Shown in pieces: positions 35,553 through 44,121 of a stretch of 64,000 bases of DNA (its first letter is position 1; every line of letters starts with the position of its first letter). This DNA comes from Candidatus Kaiserbacteria bacterium (lineage in GTDB: Bacteria; Patescibacteriota; Minisyncoccia; Phycocordibacterales; UBA2100): contig CAVYCR010000001.1 of assembly GCA_963767115.1 (NCBI GenBank), positions 2,430-66,429 on the forward strand, given 5' to 3'. The notes below the pieces were generated by a model, which was not told where the DNA came from, did no database searches, and worked only from the letters and a program-made list of their open reading frames with translations. Made by a program: the position numbers and the translations under genes.

Positions 35553-36593
35553 TCATGTGTGGAAGAAAAAAGCGATACCAATGATTGCATAGGCCGCGAG
35601 GAGTTGTATACCCTCGAGCCAGTTGCTCTCGCCGTCAGCGATGACGAAGTTGACAATGATGACTGAGAGCACGATCGAGACGAGCTCGAAAGTATTGAAG
35701 ACGAGGTTCATGCTCTGGTGCATGAGGATGCCGACGAGTACGAGGATTGGCGCCACGAACATCGCCATCTGTGTCGCCGAGCCGATCGAGATCTGGAGCG
35801 AAAGATCCATGCGATTCTTGATGGCGACGGAAACCGCAGAGAGATTCTCGGCGGCATTCCCGATGATCGCAAGCACGATGACGCCGATGAAAAGCTGCGA
35901 CCACCCGAGAGCGGCCGCAAGCGGCGTGATCGAATCGACGAGGATATCGCTCACCCACGCTACGGCGAGGGTCGCGACAAGGAGCGTCAGGACGGCGCGC
36001 GGCAAGTTCCAGCGCGGTTCGAACTTTCCCGCCTCTTCCATATAGAGATGCTTGTGCGTATGGAGAGAGAAGAAAAGATTGGCGCCGTAGACCAAGAGGA
36101 GCGCGAGCGCGACCAAGATACTGAGTCCCTCGACGTCGCTCGCCGATCCGCCCGACTGCGAGAAAATCGCCGGCATGACGAGCGCAATAGCCCCAATGAA
36201 AAGCGTCGAGCCGCTTGCAAGCGCGGCGGTCTTGTTGAAGGTCTGGGCCTTCTCGCGGCGGCCGCCGAGGTACATCGCAAGGCCCAAGACGAGCAGGAGG
36301 TTGCTGATGATCGAGCCCGTGATCGAGGCCTTCACGATCTCGATGAGGCCAGCATGCAGTGCGAAGAGGCCGATGATGAGCTCGGTCGCGTTGCCAAAAG
36401 TCGCGCTCAAGAGCCCGCCGACGGCGGGGCTGGTGCGCGTCGCGATCTCCTCGGTCGACTCCCCGATAAACTTGGCCAAGGGCACGATCGCGATCGCGGC
36501 GAGGAAGAAGACAGCAGTCGGCGAGAAACCGATGAAATGAACGCCGATAGCGATCGGCACGAACACAAGGAGTCCGGCGAAAAATGCATCCAT
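35553..36593 (-). CDS. Ca2+/H+ antiporter (CaCA family)
   Basis: Alpha-repeat motifs GNATELI and GNAAENL, with about 11 TM helices. Confidence 0.9.
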   Translation of the reverse strand: MDAFFAGLLVFVPIAIGVHFIGFSPTAVFFLAAIAIVPLAKFIGESTEEIATRTSPAVGGLLSATFGNATELIIGLFALHAGLIEIVKASITGSIISNLLLVLGLAMYLGGRREKAQTFNKTAALASGSTLFIGAIALVMPAIFSQSGGSASDVEGLSILVALALLLVYGANLFFSLHTHKHLYMEEAGKFEPRWNLPRAVLTLLVATLAVAWVSDILVDSITPLAAALGWSQLFIGVIVLAIIGNAAENLSAVSVAIKNRMDLSLQISIGSATQMAMFVAPILVLVGILMHQSMNLVFNTFELVSIVLSVIIVNFVIADGESNWLEGIQLLAAYAIIGIAFFFHT

Positions 36594-36860
36594 GTTTTTT
36601 ATTATAGCAATGTCACCTTCGCGAACCTACCAGCGGACTGTGTCCGCCGAAGGTAGTTTCGGCGACCGAAGGCGGGAGTGGTTAGATGCGTTCAGAACTA
36701 TCAATTTGCAGCCAATAAGACAGGAACTTGAGCATAGTGGCATTCTATCGCTCTTTGCGAACTCGGCACGTACCACGGCGGTCTAGGTTTGGCGCGGCAT
36801 GTAGTGCGACCAATAAACTCTTTTCTTTCAAGGAAGCGGGGCAGCCCGCATCAGTTCAGT

Positions 36861-37826
36861 TTAGATTTTTACTGCACTAGGTGCAGTAAATGCGAGCGTA
36901 GGAATTAGCTCTTCAAGTTTCAACAGATTGGTTATATCCTCAATCGGCGTATTTTCTTCCCACAGAAGCAAGCGGATGACGACCATCACATAGTTGCGGA
37001 AGAAAACTACATTGGACAAGGCTTCGTATTCAGCTGGCGTAAGTGGACGCACCTTTTCGTATTCACTCAGATAGTGCCTCATTGCATCAATGCCCTCATC
37101 ATCAAGCATGTTCCATAGGCTATAGCCGAGGCACACAACTACAGGCGAGTATTGCAGGTCTTCAAAATCAACGATGCCGCTCACGTGGTTATCCTTTGTA
37201 AGCACATTGCCGTCAAAATCTATGTCCAAGTGGTTATAGCCGTACGGAAGGCCAGGGCTAAGCGGATAGCTATATGCTTTTATCCTTTGTAGCAAATCGC
37301 GCACTTCCTGACCGCCGACAGAAGTTCCCTCAACTTTTGAAACCAAACTATCGCGCAAGTCTGCCCACAATTTCTTTGGTCTATTCGTTCCCATCTCAAA
37401 CTCCATTCCGAGCAGGTGCATTTTCGCCTGTAGATTAGCCAGCTCCGCAATCAGTTCGTAAGAAGGATTGGTCGTAGTACTCTGACCATCTACAAAGTCC
37501 ATCAAAATGACTTGCCAAAGCTTTCCATCTGCCTCTATGGCTGTAAGCTCCTTGCCGCCCTTGTTCGTATATATAACTGGAATTGGTATGCCGCGCGTTC
37601 GTAAGTAATCCTGAAAGCCTATTTCAAAGGCAATGTCTTCACTGTCCTTACCTTGCGCGTAAACTCGCACCACATACTTCTTATCACCAGCCTGAATACG
37701 AGCAGACGTGTTAGCAATCCCTTCATTTATTGGCTCAAAGGTAAAATCCCGAATACTGTACGCATCGAGCAGAGTTGCAAGCACCTCTTTAGTGAGACTA
37801 ATTTGATTGGCGGGTTCTAGTTTCAT
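36861..37826 (-). CDS. phosphotransferase (APH/homoserine kinase type II) family protein
   Basis: GYNHLDIDFDGNVL...GIVDFEDL is the Brenner and DFG-like kinase motif of the APH family. The ATG start is taken at 37826. Confidence 0.8.
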   Translation of the reverse strand: MKLEPANQISLTKEVLATLLDAYSIRDFTFEPINEGIANTSARIQAGDKKYVVRVYAQGKDSEDIAFEIGFQDYLRTRGIPIPVIYTNKGGKELTAIEADGKLWQVILMDFVDGQSTTTNPSYELIAELANLQAKMHLLGMEFEMGTNRPKKLWADLRDSLVSKVEGTSVGGQEVRDLLQRIKAYSYPLSPGLPYGYNHLDIDFDGNVLTKDNHVSGIVDFEDLQYSPVVVCLGYSLWNMLDDEGIDAMRHYLSEYEKVRPLTPAEYEALSNVVFFRNYVMVVIRLLLWEENTPIEDITNLLKLEELIPTLAFTAPSAVKI

Positions 37827-37937
37827 ATTTTTATTATCTTGAGACCGCGTCACCACAGAGATTTAGAGCTACGGCAAGCAATTGAAGCGTACCACGCGCA
37901 TCTTTTCCCTTCAAAGGAAACGGGCGAAGCCCGTCTA

Positions 37938-38378
37938 TCATCGCTTTACCTTATCGGTTTCTAGATGATTTTGCGTTATCGCTACGACGTAAAAAGTGCG
38001 GTCTGGTTCAATATCAAAATAGAAAATGCGTGCGTCTTGCTGAAGTTTTATCTCTTTCAATTCAATGTCGTCCTTCAAGCCACTATAGAGTTTTTTGTAA
38101 TCACCTTCCCCTCGCACTGGTATTCGGTCTATATGATGTCTTTGAAAATCAGCCTCGGAGCGAACTTTCGTACCAATAGCTTTGAAGGTTTCTACTGCCT
38201 TTCGTGCCTTGTTGCTGTTTAGGTGCTCAATCTCACAAAGCTTCTCGTTATACTTGGCAAACGAGATGACATAAGGACTTACCTCAGGCGCTTCAATTTC
38301 CTGAGGTATTTCGGCAACAGACTGGGGTATCTCACCATTTGCCTCTGGCTGAGCTACCTCTTTGGGAATATCGGTCAT
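37938..38378 (-). CDS. putative toxin partner of the Panacea-domain antitoxin (RelE/ParE-like C-terminus)
   Basis: ATGA start/stop overlap with the upstream DUF4065 gene. It has an acidic N-terminal region, and the C-terminal DARIFYFDIEPDRTFYVVAITQNH resembles the RelE/ParE core strands. Confidence 0.55.
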   Translation of the reverse strand: MTDIPKEVAQPEANGEIPQSVAEIPQEIEAPEVSPYVISFAKYNEKLCEIEHLNSNKARKAVETFKAIGTKVRSEADFQRHHIDRIPVRGEGDYKKLYSGLKDDIELKEIKLQQDARIFYFDIEPDRTFYVVAITQNHLETDKVKR

Positions 38379-38863
38379 TTAGCTTGAGCTACTTTTAGTT
38401 TTCTGGAATAGAAACTCTTCATTGTCTTGAGAGATATTTCTTTCTGAGAGTTTTCGGAGCCCTCAAGTCCTTCTCGTGCTTCCTGCCAAGGTTTTTCGGA
38501 ATGCGTCAACATTTCCAAATAACCTGCATCCATTTTTCCGTAGATACGCCAAATCTGGTCAAGTAGCTTCTGTGTCTTTGAAGAAAGTTTAATATCATCG
38601 GAGTTGACCTCTTCTTGTATCGGACTAAATCCAAAGTGTCTGTATTGCACATACAGACTTCTAACGGCTGGTCCGTGTACCCACGCCTCAATAGGTTCAC
38701 TGAAGAGCTTTTTATCGTTTAGTACTAACGACCACGCTTGCGCATAGTAGACGAGCTTTTGAAGCTTTTTGTTAGTTATAGGCTTATGCGCTTGATTTGA
38801 AAGGTGTATGAAGTACCTTCCTATATCTTCCGCTTTGGCTGACTTTGTGGTGTGCAGAACCAT
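38375..38863 (-). CDS. Panacea (DUF4065/SocA-like) domain antitoxin
   Basis: ITNKKLQKLVYYAQAWSLVLNDKKLFSEPIEAWVHGPAVRSLY is the DUF4065 signature. Confidence 0.8.
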   Translation of the reverse strand: MVLHTTKSAKAEDIGRYFIHLSNQAHKPITNKKLQKLVYYAQAWSLVLNDKKLFSEPIEAWVHGPAVRSLYVQYRHFGFSPIQEEVNSDDIKLSSKTQKLLDQIWRIYGKMDAGYLEMLTHSEKPWQEAREGLEGSENSQKEISLKTMKSFYSRKLKVAQAK

Positions 38864-38943
38864 AGTCTCTTTATACTATCCCGTGTGCAAGAAAATGTGA
38901 AGAAACGATATTTCGTATCTTTTTTCAAAGGGAACGAGCCCAA

Positions 38944-39168
38944 TCAGTTGGCCGCCATGTCTTTTGCTACAAGCGACTGAAAATCTTGCTGACTCATTGG
39001 TGGCGCGGCAGGAATACCGTTGGGGTTAGTACTATATTGGTCTGTCCAATCCGTAAAGGTTTGACTCCCCATGATTTCGTCTTTCTCTATCGGGTCATAA
39101 TAATTGCACGATATTGAATTATTAGCTGCTGCATTATTTGTATTTCGTTGTGTAGCGCAAGTTGCCAC
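38944..39168 (-). CDS. small hypothetical protein (doubtful)
   Basis: 74-aa ORF with N/A-rich low complexity. It occupies the spot where the 5' part of the recombinase gene is missing. Confidence 0.3.
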   Translation of the reverse strand: MATCATQRNTNNAAANNSISCNYYDPIEKDEIMGSQTFTDWTDQYSTNPNGIPAAPPMSQQDFQSLVAKDMAAN

Positions 39169-39500
39169 TTCAACTCCCAGAGGAACAGTGGAGTATTACG
39201 GATGAAATGTATGACAGCTTCTTGCGCGAGTACAAGACGAAGCAAGCAGAAATACTTGAGCAAATGCAGAGCCACTCTGATGCTGATGAGCAGTTCTATC
39301 TGACTGCAAATATGACGCTGAATATAGCTAAAAGAGCGAAAGAGATTTTCGCGAGTTCCGAAGTAGACGAGAAAAGGCAATTTTTGGGTTTCCTACTTCA
39401 GAACTGCGAGCTGAACGAGAAAAAGCTAGAGTTTTCAATGCGTTCTCCGTTCAACCTGCTACTAAATAACGACGATAATCTTACTATGCGGATGGGGTGA
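39162..39500 (+). pseudogene. C-terminal fragment of a large serine recombinase
   Basis: DEQFYLTANMTLNIAKRAKEIFASSEVDEKRQFLGFLLQNCELNEKKLEFSMRSPF matches the conserved C-terminal coiled region of large serine recombinases. The catalytic and zinc-ribbon domains are absent. It overlaps tRNA-Ser by 12 nt. Confidence 0.6.
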
Positions 39501-39573
39501 GATTCGAACTCACGACACGTTTCCGTGTGACGGTTTTCAAGACCGTTGCCTTAGACCACTCGGCCACCCATCC
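39489..39573 (-). tRNA. tRNA-Ser (TGA), long variable arm
   Basis: Hand-folded. Acceptor GGATGGG/CCCATCC, anticodon loop CTTGAAA, variable arm CACACGGAAACGTGTC, T-arm GTGAGTTCGAATCTCAC. Confidence 0.9.
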
Positions 39574-39717
39574 TTTATTTCAACTCTTTTCTGTCACAGA
39601 CGGACCCCTGCGGCTGATATACGTATACCTCTCACCATCGGCCACCCATCCGTCCTCCCTTTGTACCACGACTCTCATATCCCCGCACGCAGGAGTGATA
39701 CAATACTAGGCACGAGT

Positions 39718-40191
39718 ATGCCGCAAGAAAGAGTCATTTTGCGCTGGAGCGCGTACGAGCACGAGCACATCGAGCGCGGGAGCGATTGGTATATCGCGCT
39801 CACGATCACGACGGTCGCGATAGCGATCATCGCGATCCTCTTCAGCGATCTTCTCTTTGCACTCCTCATCATCATCGCGGCATTTGTAATAGCGCTTCTT
39901 TCGAGAACGCCGCCGGAGCTCGCGCAGTTTGAGCTCTCCGAGCGCGGCGTGCGCATCAACGGCCGGCTGCATCGCTATCATGAGATCATCTCCTTCTGGG
40001 TCGAGGACGAACACCACACCGACCGGCCGCTCCTTCTCATCGACACGACCAAATTTATGGCACCCAACTTCATCATCCCGATCGAGCACATCGAGCCGCA
40101 TGTGGTGCGGGCATATCTCAAAGAGCACGCGAAGGAGGTCCCGATGCAAGAGCCTGTCGGGCACAAGATACTAGAATTCTTCGGCCTTTGA
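39718..40191 (+). CDS. membrane protein (2 TM plus a PH-like soluble domain), unknown function
   Basis: The start is taken at MPQERV. WYIALTITTVAIAIIAILF...IIIAAFVIALL is followed by a soluble C-terminus. Confidence 0.6.
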   Translation: MPQERVILRWSAYEHEHIERGSDWYIALTITTVAIAIIAILFSDLLFALLIIIAAFVIALLSRTPPELAQFELSERGVRINGRLHRYHEIISFWVEDEHHTDRPLLLIDTTKFMAPNFIIPIEHIEPHVVRAYLKEHAKEVPMQEPVGHKILEFFGL

Positions 40192-40196
40192 CAGGA

Positions 40197-42386
40197 TTAC
40201 TGCACGACGACGTTCGTAGTAGTCGCGGTAGTTTGTCCACCGAGCGTTTGGCACGTCAGCGTGTAGGCGGTCGAGGTCGAGAGCAATGAGGTCGTCGCGA
40301 CGCCACTTACACTCGTGAAGCTTGCATTAGCAGACGTAAAGGCGCTGTCTTGTGCGCTTGATGCCACGCACGAATTCATGCCCGCAGTGACCCATGCGAT
40401 GACCGAAGAGGTGCCCGGTGTAGTCGTTGCAGGGTACGCGACGAGGTCGATCATAGGCTGGTTGATGGCGACGGAGCACTGCGCACCAGTCATCTGGCCC
40501 GCGAGATTCCCGCAGGCGAGCGTGTAGGTCGCGGTGTTGTCACCTTGCGGAGGTGTCGACATGAGTGCCGTCGTAGTACCTACGAGACCAGCCGTGGGGA
40601 AACCGCTGCCGCGCGCCGAGATCGCGTTGGTGCATGCGTACGAGATCGATACACTTTGCCCGACGTCGACAGTCGACGGTGCACACGAGAGCTGTGCAGT
40701 GGTGCTCGCGGTTACACTCGCATTCCCGTTCGTATTTGAATTGTTGGCGGTGTTGGTAGTGGCGCACTGCCATCCGGTCACACAACCGTTGTTGCTGGCC
40801 GAAGTCTGCTGCCACGTCCCTGTCGTGCACTGCGAAGCAGTGGGCTGTGTCGGCGGTTGCGGACAGATGCTCCCGTCGGTGCCGTAGCCGTAAGGCGCTG
40901 TGCTTTGGTTGGATGCGGCACAGCTATTGCCATTGCAACCATATTGACACTGCTGCATCGCTTGCTGCACGCAGTTGTTCTGCTGGTAATAGAGCATGTT
41001 GTTGCTGCAAATATATTGTGTAGAGCAGGTGCCGGGAGTCTGCGCGACGGTGTTGCCGGGCGTTGCGATGCCGTTGTTCACCCCGCTGATGAGGCTCGGT
41101 GCCACACCTTTGAGGAGACCCGTGAGAAACGAAGCGCCGAGCGACTCTACCGTGCCAAGCGTACTGTTGCCGTTGGTGGTCGATTTGCTCGTGCTGCAAT
41201 TCCAGAGATTGAGAATGCTCGGGGTACATGCAGCTTGCGCAGGCGCAGCAGGAGCCGCCGGCGCAGGCGCTGTCGCCGTGCATGGAGTGCCGGATTGTCC
41301 TGCAGGACACGGTGCCTCTGGTGCTGTATCGCTGCCACCGCCACTACATCCTGCTGCCGGATCACCACCGCCGGCACACGGCTGGAGCTGAGCGATGCCA
41401 TTATTATCAAAAGTATCCGCGGGAGCTTGTGAGAAATGATCGGGCGTATCTGAATTCGGCGGGCAGGCTCCTCCCAAGTCGCACGGCCGTACAGGCGGCT
41501 GAGCCGTATCAACATCTGAGAGGCTTGGATTAGTAGCTACGGAACCACTGCCCGCACTCGGCACAGTGACTGTCGGCGCACAACCAGATGCAGTGGTATC
41601 ACAAGGGGCACTTCCCTGTTGAACTGCGTTTGCGAGAGCTGACAGCTGTGTATCGCCACCGGGAACTTGCTGATTTACTGAAGATACGTAGTTACTCACG
41701 CTCTGTGCGGCTGTCGGGCTCAACGCTTGTGTCAGGAACTGCGCCTCGTTTGAAGTACCGATGGTAATTGCCGCCTGATTATTGGCGATCAAAGTTGCGC
41801 CGACGACAGTCGCCGGCCCCGATACGGTATTTGTGAGCGTACTCAAGGTGGTCTGCAGGCATTGTGCTCCTCCGACAGAGCCGCAGTTGACCACAAAACA
41901 TCCGCTCGCACTCCCCTGCTGTGCAGAAGCGAGGCTTTGGCTCAACATCGTGGATGGCACGCAATACTGCACGACGCATTTGTCAGGCTGCGAAAGCTTA
42001 CAGGCAGCAGAGCCGGCGTCCGGCCCCGGCATCATGGTGCCCACGTCTTTCGGATTTGCCTGTGGCGTACCGGCTTTGGGGTCGGGCACCCAGCACTTCG
42101 CGCCGCCCGGCGGGCTTTCTTGCGGATTCTGTACGGCACCTGTTGACTCGTCGATCGTATGTACCGAGCCGTTCGCGCATGCGTCATTTATGCTTCCCGA
42201 CGAGGCTCCGCTGCTTGCCGCGCTTGCTTGGGCAAGCAGACTCTCGTTGGTACTCGCGGCAATCGAGCCGGTCGCTTTGCCGAGATACTGGATCCCGAGG
42301 GCGACAGTGCCGAGCACCGCCACCATAACGAGCGCGGCAAGAATCGAAGCGCCGCGACCACTCTGCCGCATTCGAGGCAAGTACAT
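40197..42386 (-). CDS. large secreted Cys/Thr/Ala-rich surface protein with C-terminal Ig-like modules
   Basis: 729 aa with an N-terminal signal anchor and a low-complexity body with many Cys. Two C-terminal about-80-aa modules end in the T.Y.L.C pattern. Confidence 0.75.
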   Translation of the reverse strand: MYLPRMRQSGRGASILAALVMVAVLGTVALGIQYLGKATGSIAASTNESLLAQASAASSGASSGSINDACANGSVHTIDESTGAVQNPQESPPGGAKCWVPDPKAGTPQANPKDVGTMMPGPDAGSAACKLSQPDKCVVQYCVPSTMLSQSLASAQQGSASGCFVVNCGSVGGAQCLQTTLSTLTNTVSGPATVVGATLIANNQAAITIGTSNEAQFLTQALSPTAAQSVSNYVSSVNQQVPGGDTQLSALANAVQQGSAPCDTTASGCAPTVTVPSAGSGSVATNPSLSDVDTAQPPVRPCDLGGACPPNSDTPDHFSQAPADTFDNNGIAQLQPCAGGGDPAAGCSGGGSDTAPEAPCPAGQSGTPCTATAPAPAAPAAPAQAACTPSILNLWNCSTSKSTTNGNSTLGTVESLGASFLTGLLKGVAPSLISGVNNGIATPGNTVAQTPGTCSTQYICSNNMLYYQQNNCVQQAMQQCQYGCNGNSCAASNQSTAPYGYGTDGSICPQPPTQPTASQCTTGTWQQTSASNNGCVTGWQCATTNTANNSNTNGNASVTASTTAQLSCAPSTVDVGQSVSISYACTNAISARGSGFPTAGLVGTTTALMSTPPQGDNTATYTLACGNLAGQMTGAQCSVAINQPMIDLVAYPATTTPGTSSVIAWVTAGMNSCVASSAQDSAFTSANASFTSVSGVATTSLLSTSTAYTLTCQTLGGQTTATTTNVVVQ

Positions 42387-42543
42387 AGCCCAATAATGCT
42401 GCTTTACCGGCTCATCCGCAACGCAGATACTGGATTTTTTGTGGACAATGGGTGGAAAAAGCGTTGATAGGCTGTGGATAAGATGTGGTTAAAACAACAG
42501 CTATCCCTTGACGTGGTAATACTGGGGTGTATACTTCCTGTAT

Positions 42544-43452
42544 ATGAATAAGAAGTACGGCGTTACAAGCCTTCGCAAACAATTCCCCACAGATCAAGCC
42601 TGCGTCGAATTTTTGTTTGATACATTGCACAGCCGCGAGTGCTCCTGTGGTGGTACCTATTCCCTGATGTCGAATGGGCTCAAGAAGGATGGTATGACGC
42701 CCCGTCTGATGCGTACTTTTCAATGTTCCAAGTGCCGCAACAAGATATCGCCTACGGCGGGTACGATCTTCCACAAGAGCGATACACCCCTTACCCTCTG
42801 GTTCCACGCCATCATGGTGTTTTCTAACGCCAAGAGCGGGATTTCGGCCAAACAGATGCAGCGCGATCTCGAAGTTACCTACAAGACTGCCTACCGCATG
42901 CTCATGCTCATAAAGAAGGCGCTCAAGCAGGATAAAGACCGATTGAGTGGCGACGTTGAAATGGATACAGGTTTCTTTGGCGGCAAGGGTAACGGCGGCA
43001 AGAATAACGAAAACATCGGCAACGTCATGAGGAACAAAGGTATTGTCTTCGCCGCGGTAGAACGCGGCGGCCGTATGAAGGCTGAGGTTATGCCCGACGC
43101 CACCGCGAAAAGTCACAAAGACTTCCTTATGAAGAATGTGTCAGTTACCGGAACACGCCTTCTTACTGATAGCGCAAACCGATACGATAAAATTGCTGTC
43201 GGTTATGACCGCCATATGGTCGATCACCACCGCAAAGAGTACGTACGTGGGGATATTCATGTGAATAATGTGGAAACCTTCTGGGCGCACGTAAAGCGCT
43301 CGATCAAAGGCACCCACAAGGTTGTCTCTAAGCAGTTTTTGCAGGCTTACCTTGACGGTTTCGTTTGGCAGTACAACGCACGCACTTGCAGCGACGCCGA
43401 GCGCTTTGGTCGCCTTCTTGGTGCCGTATTGCAGCCTGCAAGACAGCTTTAA
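42544..43452 (+). CDS. IS1595-family (ISXO2-like) DDE transposase
   Basis: N-terminal zinc ribbon (CSCGG...CSKCRNKISPTAGTIFH) and a DDE_Tnp_IS1595-like core (VEMDTGFFGG...LLTDSANRY...HVNNVETFWAHVKRSIKGTH). Confidence 0.9.
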   Translation: MNKKYGVTSLRKQFPTDQACVEFLFDTLHSRECSCGGTYSLMSNGLKKDGMTPRLMRTFQCSKCRNKISPTAGTIFHKSDTPLTLWFHAIMVFSNAKSGISAKQMQRDLEVTYKTAYRMLMLIKKALKQDKDRLSGDVEMDTGFFGGKGNGGKNNENIGNVMRNKGIVFAAVERGGRMKAEVMPDATAKSHKDFLMKNVSVTGTRLLTDSANRYDKIAVGYDRHMVDHHRKEYVRGDIHVNNVETFWAHVKRSIKGTHKVVSKQFLQAYLDGFVWQYNARTCSDAERFGRLLGAVLQPARQL

Positions 43453-43747
43453 TATTTTGTGTTCTCATGCGTTATCCACAGTTTTTTCAGCGGTTTCTAG
43501 TCCTCACATACTACCACAGACATGGTACCCTATTAAGGCGACGCTAGGTGATAGGAGTTTTGGATTACTAGGATTTATCAATGGGCTCGTGAGTGGTAGC
43601 GGCGGCATCCGGGGAAACCTAGGTGTCGCAATCGAAGGGAAGGATAAATCAATAAGTATTCATTCTTCTCCCGGTGCCGTCGCTATCTCCCGCGAGCTCT
43701 TTTATTTTGCCTGAGAGTGCGTGCGCAAGCGACACTCTGCCTCAAAC

Positions 43748-43872
43748 AAAAAAGCACCAACTTGGAGTTAGTGTGGTGTCGCTAGCTTAATTTGCAAAGC
43801 CCCCGACCCGTAATCGGGAGAACTGGGAGTATGACCCAGGCGACACCCCACTGCCTCTAAAGGTGCTTTTTT
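43748..43872 (+). ncRNA. candidate structured RNA: tRNA-like cloverleaf (43776-43850, encoded CCA) capping a long rod helix
   Basis: Acceptor GTGTCGC/GCGACAC, spacer TA, D arm GCTT-AATTTGCA-AAGC, anticodon arm CCCGA-CCCGTAA-TCGGG, variable AGAA, T arm CTGGG-AGTATGA-CCCAG, then C and CCA. Outer helices AGTGTG/CCCACT, TTGGAG/CTCTAA and AAAAAAGCACC/GGTGCTTTTTT. Confidence 0.5.
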
Positions 43873-43956
43873 GCTATGGACAGACCAGAACCAGGGCTGT
43901 CATTACCAATGTATACCAATTTTTCATGGTTTCAAAATGAAAAGTGGATATCCTGT

Positions 43957-44121
43957 TTATATCCCATCTTCATTATCATTCATACCAATTCGCAATTTAA
44001 GCTCCTCTAATTCACTATTTATCACCTCCATGAGCTCGTTGGTATAATTTCTCTGCTCAAATATCCCGATTGTTAATATGACAATCCACACCCCTGCGAC
44101 GATATCAAATGTAAGCTGCAT
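43957..44121 (-). CDS. possible small membrane protein (54 aa) inside the IS passenger region
   Basis: MQLTFDIVAGVWIVILTIGIF is one TM helix, followed by an amphipathic acidic tail. It is below the ORF-track cutoff and has no clear Shine-Dalgarno sequence. Confidence 0.3.
   Translation of the reverse strand: MQLTFDIVAGVWIVILTIGIFEQRNYTNELMEVINSELEELKLRIGMNDNEDGI

Larger units (their letters stand above)
36672..39500. mobile_element. putative decayed integrated island at tRNA-Ser(TGA)
   Basis: An AT-richer block (by eye) whose right end is a serine-recombinase gene fragment overlapping the tRNA-Ser 3' end. A degenerate copy of the tRNA 3' end (14 of 19 nt) lies at 36672-36690. Confidence 0.45.

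Noticed and set aside
42473-43480. Exact DnaA-box 9-mers (TGTGGATAA at 42473-42481 and TTATCCACA at 43472-43480) flanking the transposase gene. This raised the question of an origin of replication or the true IS ends.
   Set aside because: There are only two boxes, no AT-rich unwinding element and no dnaA or dnaN nearby. Similarity does not extend beyond 10 bp, whereas the 35-bp repeats at 42488 and 44165 are much better IS termini. This is probably coincidence.
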